From Gemelliphila palaticanis (lineage in GTDB: Bacteria > Bacillota > Bacilli > Staphylococcales > Gemellaceae): a stretch of DNA of 24,000 bases. This document shows, piece after piece, positions 19,641 through 24,000 of this stretch; position 1 is the first letter of the stretch, and each line of letters opens with the position of its first letter. The notes under the pieces were generated by a model. The model was not told the origin of the DNA. It saw only the letters and a program-made list of their open reading frames with translations, and did no database searches. The translations under genes were made by a program, and so were the position numbers. The DNA lies in the NCBI RefSeq assembly GCF_013415235.1, contig NZ_JACBYF010000001.1. One strand, written 5' to 3'.

Positions 19641-20273
19641 TTATATAAAAGTAGTTATTTTTTCAGCAGGTAATCTATAAGTTTCTCTACCTTCTTTTGC
19701 TGGTTTTCCAATAGCTACTATCATAACTGGTACATATCTTTCTTTATCGAACCCTAGTGCTTCAACAATATTCTTATGATCAAATCCACCAATCGCATTT
19801 GTTTCATATCCGTGTGCTCTAGCAACAAGCATTAACTGCATAGCTGCTAAACTAGAATCAATTTTTACAATATCATTCATTTGAGACTCAGTAAGACTAT
19901 CATACAAACCTACAAAATTAGGAAGAATTTGCTCTTTAACTTCTTTTGGCATATACCCTTTTTCTACTGCTTTTGTATATATTTCTTCTGCATATTCTTG
20001 AGGATTTTTATCTCCTAATATAACTATCATAGCTGATGACGTATCATTTTGTCTTTGATTGAATGAAACTAATGGTCTTAATTTATTTTTACCTTCTTCT
20101 GTATCTACAACAACAAATCTCCAAGGTTGGAAATTTAAAGAAGATGGAGCTGTTACAGTTTCGTTAATAATTTCTGTAAGTTCTTCTCTAGAAATTTTTA
20201 AATTAGCATCGAACTCTTTAACTGATCGTCTTTCTAACACTATATTTTTAAAATCATTATTTATTATAGTCAT
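19641..20273 (-). CDS. Nitroreductase family protein
   Basis: LERRSVKEFDANLKISREELTEIINETVTAPSSLNFQPWRFVVVD, AARAHGYETNAIGGFD, VPVMIVAIGKPA. Confidence 0.93.
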   Translation of the reverse strand: MTIINNDFKNIVLERRSVKEFDANLKISREELTEIINETVTAPSSLNFQPWRFVVVDTEEGKNKLRPLVSFNQRQNDTSSAMIVILGDKNPQEYAEEIYTKAVEKGYMPKEVKEQILPNFVGLYDSLTESQMNDIVKIDSSLAAMQLMLVARAHGYETNAIGGFDHKNIVEALGFDKERYVPVMIVAIGKPAKEGRETYRLPAEKITTFI

Positions 20274-20306
20274 TATTATTCTCCTTAAATATTAATTATT
20301 TTATTT

Positions 20307-20900
20307 TTAAAAATTTAATTTAGCATCGTTTAATCGTCTATCATATCCATTTTCAATTAAATCAACTTTTCCATTATCTGGGTCTATTACTAAACCATGA
20401 ACGTAAACATTTTTAGGAATTAAAGGATGATTAACGATTAAATCAATATCGTGTTTTACGCTATCTTTTACATCCTCAAATCCTTGTAACCATTCTTTTA
20501 AATCGATACCAGAGTATTTTAATATTTTAAATGTTTCATCCGAAACTCCTCTTTTCCACATTTCTTTTATTAAACTATTTGTATCTATATTTTGCATACC
20601 ACAGTCATAATGACCCATAACTATAATTTCTTCTGCTTTTAGTAAATAAACAGCTATTATTAAACTTCTTAAAATAGATCCGTAAGGGTGACTTAATATA
20701 GCCCCTGCATTTTTTATTACTTTTACATCTCCGCTACTTAAATTTAACGATTTTGTAGCTAACTCTACTAATCTAGTATCCATACAAGTAACCATAACTA
20801 CTTTTTTAGCAGGATATTTATCTTCTGTAAGATATTCTTTATAGTCTTTATTTTCAACAAATTTCTTATTATATTCTAATATTTCTTCTAATAGTCTCAA
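20307..20900 (-). CDS. Beta-class carbonic anhydrase
   Basis: VVMVTCMDTRLVELA, VIKNAGAILSHP, IIVMGHYDCGM motifs supplying the zinc ligands. Confidence 0.92.
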   Translation of the reverse strand: MRLLEEILEYNKKFVENKDYKEYLTEDKYPAKKVVMVTCMDTRLVELATKSLNLSSGDVKVIKNAGAILSHPYGSILRSLIIAVYLLKAEEIIVMGHYDCGMQNIDTNSLIKEMWKRGVSDETFKILKYSGIDLKEWLQGFEDVKDSVKHDIDLIVNHPLIPKNVYVHGLVIDPDNGKVDLIENGYDRRLNDAKLNF

Positions 20901-20912
20901 TAAATATTCTCC

Positions 20913-22184
20913 TTAATTTTTATCTATAAATTTCATTAATTCTTCTACATATTCTTTATTTGAATTATATTTTTTCAGGTGGTTAAGAACTCCTATTGTA
21001 GGTTCACTAACCTCTGATAACTTAATTCTAGTATTAGTAATGACCGCTAATTCTTCTTTATTTAGAAGTAAATCTTCTTTTCTAGTTGAACTTTTAGAAA
21101 AATCTATCGCTGGAAAAATTCGTTTTTGTGCTAAATCAGGAGATAAAACTAACTCCATATTTCCGGTACCTTTAAATTCTTCAAAAATTAAATCATCCAT
21201 TCTAGAACCTGTATCAACTAGTGCTGTAGCAATAATTGTCAAACTGCCTCCACCTTCAACATTTCTTGCTGCTCCAAAAAATGCTTTTGGTTTGTTTAAA
21301 CTATAAGGGTCTACTCCTCCAGACAATACTTTTCCACTACTTGGCAGAACTATATTATATGCTCTAGCAAGTCTTGTTATACTATCCATTAAAATTATAA
21401 CATCTTGCCCTAACTCAACTCTTCGTTTAGCATGTTCAATAACTAACTCTGCAACCTTAACATGATTTTCTGGTCGCTCGTCAAATGTAGAGCTAACTAC
21501 ATCTGCTCCTTGTACTGATCTTTCCATATCAGTAACTTCTTCTGGACGCTCATCTATCAATAATATTATCAACTTCTTATCAGGATAATTTTTTCTAATA
21601 GAATTGGCTATTTCTTTTAAAAGAGTCGTTTTTCCTACTTTAGGAGGAGCAACAATAAGTCCTCTTTGCCCAAATCCTATAGGCGCTACTAAATCTATAA
21701 ATCTAGTAGATAATTTCTCTTTAATTGTTTCTAATTTTATTTTTTCATTAGGATAAATTGGTGTTAAGGCCTGAAAGTGTGGTCTAGATTTTATCTCTTC
21801 TGCATTAACTCCATTAATAAAATCTACTTGTAAAAGACCGTAATACTTTTCATTTTCTTTTGGTTTTCTAACTTTACCAGTAACTTCGTCTCCTTTTTTT
21901 AGCTCAAATCTCCTTATTTGAGAAGCAGATATATAAATGTCAACTTCTCCTTTATTGTAGTTTACTGTTCTTAAAAAACCAAAACCTTGCTCCGGATGAA
22001 TATCATCTAGTACTCCAGATAAATAGTAGTTACCATCTTTTTCCATTTCTTTTTCTAAGATTGCAAGTACTAACTCTTTTTTATTTAGTGTAGAATATCT
22101 TGTTATACCAAATTCTTTAGCTTTTAAAGTAAGTTCTTTGGTTGTTTGAGTCTTGTATAAATCGTCAAAACTTTTATAATTCAT
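20913..22184 (-). CDS. rho: Transcription termination factor Rho
   Basis: [15 protein letters not shown]-terminal domain, CSD-like [11 protein letters not shown], Walker [36 protein letters not shown]. Confidence 0.98.
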   Translation of the reverse strand: MNYKSFDDLYKTQTTKELTLKAKEFGITRYSTLNKKELVLAILEKEMEKDGNYYLSGVLDDIHPEQGFGFLRTVNYNKGEVDIYISASQIRRFELKKGDEVTGKVRKPKENEKYYGLLQVDFINGVNAEEIKSRPHFQALTPIYPNEKIKLETIKEKLSTRFIDLVAPIGFGQRGLIVAPPKVGKTTLLKEIANSIRKNYPDKKLIILLIDERPEEVTDMERSVQGADVVSSTFDERPENHVKVAELVIEHAKRRVELGQDVIILMDSITRLARAYNIVLPSSGKVLSGGVDPYSLNKPKAFFGAARNVEGGGSLTIIATALVDTGSRMDDLIFEEFKGTGNMELVLSPDLAQKRIFPAIDFSKSSTRKEDLLLNKEELAVITNTRIKLSEVSEPTIGVLNHLKKYNSNKEYVEELMKFIDKN

Positions 22185-22235
22185 TTAATCACTCTTTCTA
22201 ATATTTTATAATACTACTATTTTATCACAAATTGA

Positions 22236-22280
22236 AATAAAAATAGATGGATATGAATTTTAAAATTCATACCCATCTAT
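22236..22280 (-). terminator. Rho-independent terminator of the metK-globin transcript
   Basis: Near-perfect 38-nt palindrome on minus strand ATAGATGGGTATGAATTTTAAAATTCATATCCATCTAT followed by TTTTATTTC. Confidence 0.88.
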
Positions 22281-22288
22281 ATATAACT

Positions 22289-22654
22289 CTAATTAGTTTT
22301 CACAGTATTTATCATATGCATTCCTAACATTTTTATCTTTTTATTTAAAAAATATTTAATAGAACTATCTAACTCTATTTTGTCTATTGCTTTTTCAAAA
22401 TCTTCTATCCAATAATGAGCTACTTCTTTAGATATAGGAAAATTCATATGTTTTTCTTTTAAATCTGGCATTTTCATTATATTAGTAGGAGCACCTAAAA
22501 AGATTCTAAAAAAAACTTTTTGCTCTTTTTTTACATTTTCAAAACCATCATGGAATAAAAGGTTTATCCTATCATCATTAGCGATAATATCATCATATAA
22601 TACATCTATTAATAAATCTATTTTTTCTTCACCTATTTGTTCATATAAATTCAT
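22289..22654 (-). CDS. Group II-type truncated hemoglobin
   Basis: MNLYEQIGEEKIDLLIDVLYDDIIANDDRINLLFHDG...KVFFRIFLGAP...KHMNFPISKEVAHYWIEDFEKAID. Confidence 0.9.
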   Translation of the reverse strand: MNLYEQIGEEKIDLLIDVLYDDIIANDDRINLLFHDGFENVKKEQKVFFRIFLGAPTNIMKMPDLKEKHMNFPISKEVAHYWIEDFEKAIDKIELDSSIKYFLNKKIKMLGMHMINTVKTN

Positions 22655-22661
22655 ATACTAC

Positions 22662-23840
22662 CTACTGTAACAATTTTTTAAATATTTCTACTTTATCTAG
22701 CTTTTCCCAAGTAAAGTCTTCGTCATTTCTTCCAAAATGACCATAAGAAGCGGTTTTACTAAATATAGGGCGTCTTAATTCTAAAGTTTCAATTATACCG
22801 TTTGGTGTTAGTCTAAAGTTTTCTTTTATGACTTTTACTATATCTCCTTCATCAACTTTAGCTGTACCAAAAGCATCTATAAATATTGATACTGGATTAG
22901 CTACACCTATAGCATAAGCAAGTTGTACCTCAACTTTATCGCATACTCCACTAGCTACAATGTTTTTAGCTATATATCTTGCCATATATGCTGCTGAGCG
23001 ATCTACTTTAGTAGCATCTTTACCACTAAATGCTCCTCCTCCATGACGAGCATATCCCCCATAAGTATCAACTATAATTTTTCTTCCTGTTAAACCAGCA
23101 TCTCCTACAGGTCCACCTATAACAAATCTACCAGTAGGGTTTATAAAATATTTTGTATTTTCATCTAATAACTTTTCATCTAGACAAGGTATTATTACAT
23201 GCTCTTTTATATCTTTATGTATTTGTTCTTGTGATATTTCTTCGCTATGTTGAGTTGATACTACTACTGTATCAATTCTAGTAGCTACATTATTAAGATC
23301 ATATTCAACTGTAACTTGAACTTTCCCATCTGGTCTTAAATATGGTAAAGTTCCATTTTTTCTAACTTCTGCTAATCTATAAGATAATTTATGACTTAAA
23401 TATATAGGTAAAGGCATATAGTCACTAGTTTCATTAGTAGCGAAACCAAACATTAATCCTTGATCCCCTGCTCCAACTTCTCCGTCTTCTTGTCCTTTTG
23501 TTTCTACTGCACTATCTACTCCCATAGCTATATCTGATGATTGTTTATCTAGTGCTACTAGTACTGATATTGCATCTCCAGAATAACCACTATTTGGATT
23601 ATCGTAACCTATTTTATTAATAGTTTCTCTTACTACTTTTTGAAAATCCACATTAGCTGTTGTAGATATTTCACCTATTAATACTGCTAATCCTGTATTT
23701 ACTGCTGTTTCACAAGCTACACGACCATAAGGATCTTGTTTTAAGACTTCATCTAATACTGCATCGGATATTTGATCTGCTATTTTATCTGGATGACCTT
23801 CTGTTACTGATTCTGATGTAAATAAATATGTTTTTGCCAT
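22662..23840 (-). CDS. metK: S-adenosylmethionine synthetase
   Basis: [53 protein letters not shown]. Start corrected to 23840 (RBS GGAG); the track start at 23921 lies within the riboswitch leader. Confidence 0.98.
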   Translation of the reverse strand: MAKTYLFTSESVTEGHPDKIADQISDAVLDEVLKQDPYGRVACETAVNTGLAVLIGEISTTANVDFQKVVRETINKIGYDNPNSGYSGDAISVLVALDKQSSDIAMGVDSAVETKGQEDGEVGAGDQGLMFGFATNETSDYMPLPIYLSHKLSYRLAEVRKNGTLPYLRPDGKVQVTVEYDLNNVATRIDTVVVSTQHSEEISQEQIHKDIKEHVIIPCLDEKLLDENTKYFINPTGRFVIGGPVGDAGLTGRKIIVDTYGGYARHGGGAFSGKDATKVDRSAAYMARYIAKNIVASGVCDKVEVQLAYAIGVANPVSIFIDAFGTAKVDEGDIVKVIKENFRLTPNGIIETLELRRPIFSKTASYGHFGRNDEDFTWEKLDKVEIFKKLLQ

Positions 23841-23873
23841 AAAAAACTCCTCTTTTTTAATTATATAATTAAC

Positions 23874-23905
23874 AAAAAAACCTCGTAATACAACGAGGTT
23901 TTTTT
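23874..23905 (-). terminator. Riboswitch expression-platform terminator upstream of metK
   Basis: Minus strand AAACCTCGTTG-TATTA-CGAGGTTTTTTT. Arm CCTCGTT can compete with GATGAGG of the aptamer 3' side. Confidence 0.88.
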
Positions 23906-24000
23906 TGTCCTCATCGTTCAAAGTAAATCTTTGCTCAGGTTAGCACCTTAGTAAAAACTAGGTTGCTGGAGGTCATAGGGCCTTGTCCCTCACTCACTCT
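23906..24000 (-). promoter_or_regulatory. SAM-I (S-box) riboswitch controlling metK; 5' part extends past the window end
   Basis: Minus strand GAGGGACAAGGCCCTATGACCTCCAGCAACCTAGTTTTTACTAAGGTGCTAACCTGAGCAAAGATTTACTTTGAACGATGAG contains the S-box landmarks GAGGGA...GGCCC.ATGA...CAGCAACC...AAGGTGCTA..CCTG. The leading P1 arm is off the edge. Confidence 0.95.

Noticed and set aside
23841-23921. N-terminal extension of metK in the ORF track ([27 protein letters not shown])
   Set aside because: It is encoded by the S-box terminator and aptamer leader; the real start [15 protein letters not shown] has an RBS at 23840.

Overview
This is a low-GC Firmicute chromosomal window; gene content and a ComK-like protein suggest Gemella or another Staphylococcaceae-related Bacillales member (inference only). 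It is mostly housekeeping and metabolic genes. On the minus strand: a partial gene, an ACT-domain protein (pheB-like), obgE, a tRNA-Gly/Ser/Asn cluster, and lysS. On the plus strand: a sortase-anchored secreted endonuclease/exonuclease/phosphatase protein. A complete L-ascorbate (ula) PTS/catabolic operon follows, ulaABCDEF plus a PRD/BglG-type regulator, with divergent ulaG. Then come a purine permease with guanine deaminase, a ComK-like protein, an operon rho - carbonic anhydrase - nitroreductase - NAD(P)-binding oxidoreductase, and globin-metK preceded by an S-box (SAM-I) riboswitch. The most interesting item is a gene absent from the ORF track at 18690..18980 (minus). It is a 96-residue frame with one internal UGA directly after a Cys codon (Cys-UGA-Gly-Gly). 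The UGA sits in or before two clean RNA hairpins, and the frame starts 2 nt after the oxidoreductase gene. This looks like a small redox selenoprotein with a Cys-Sec motif. The main alternative is a nonsense-disrupted CC-motif gene. The ComK-like regulator and the promoter architectures of the ula and guaD regions are secondary points of interest.
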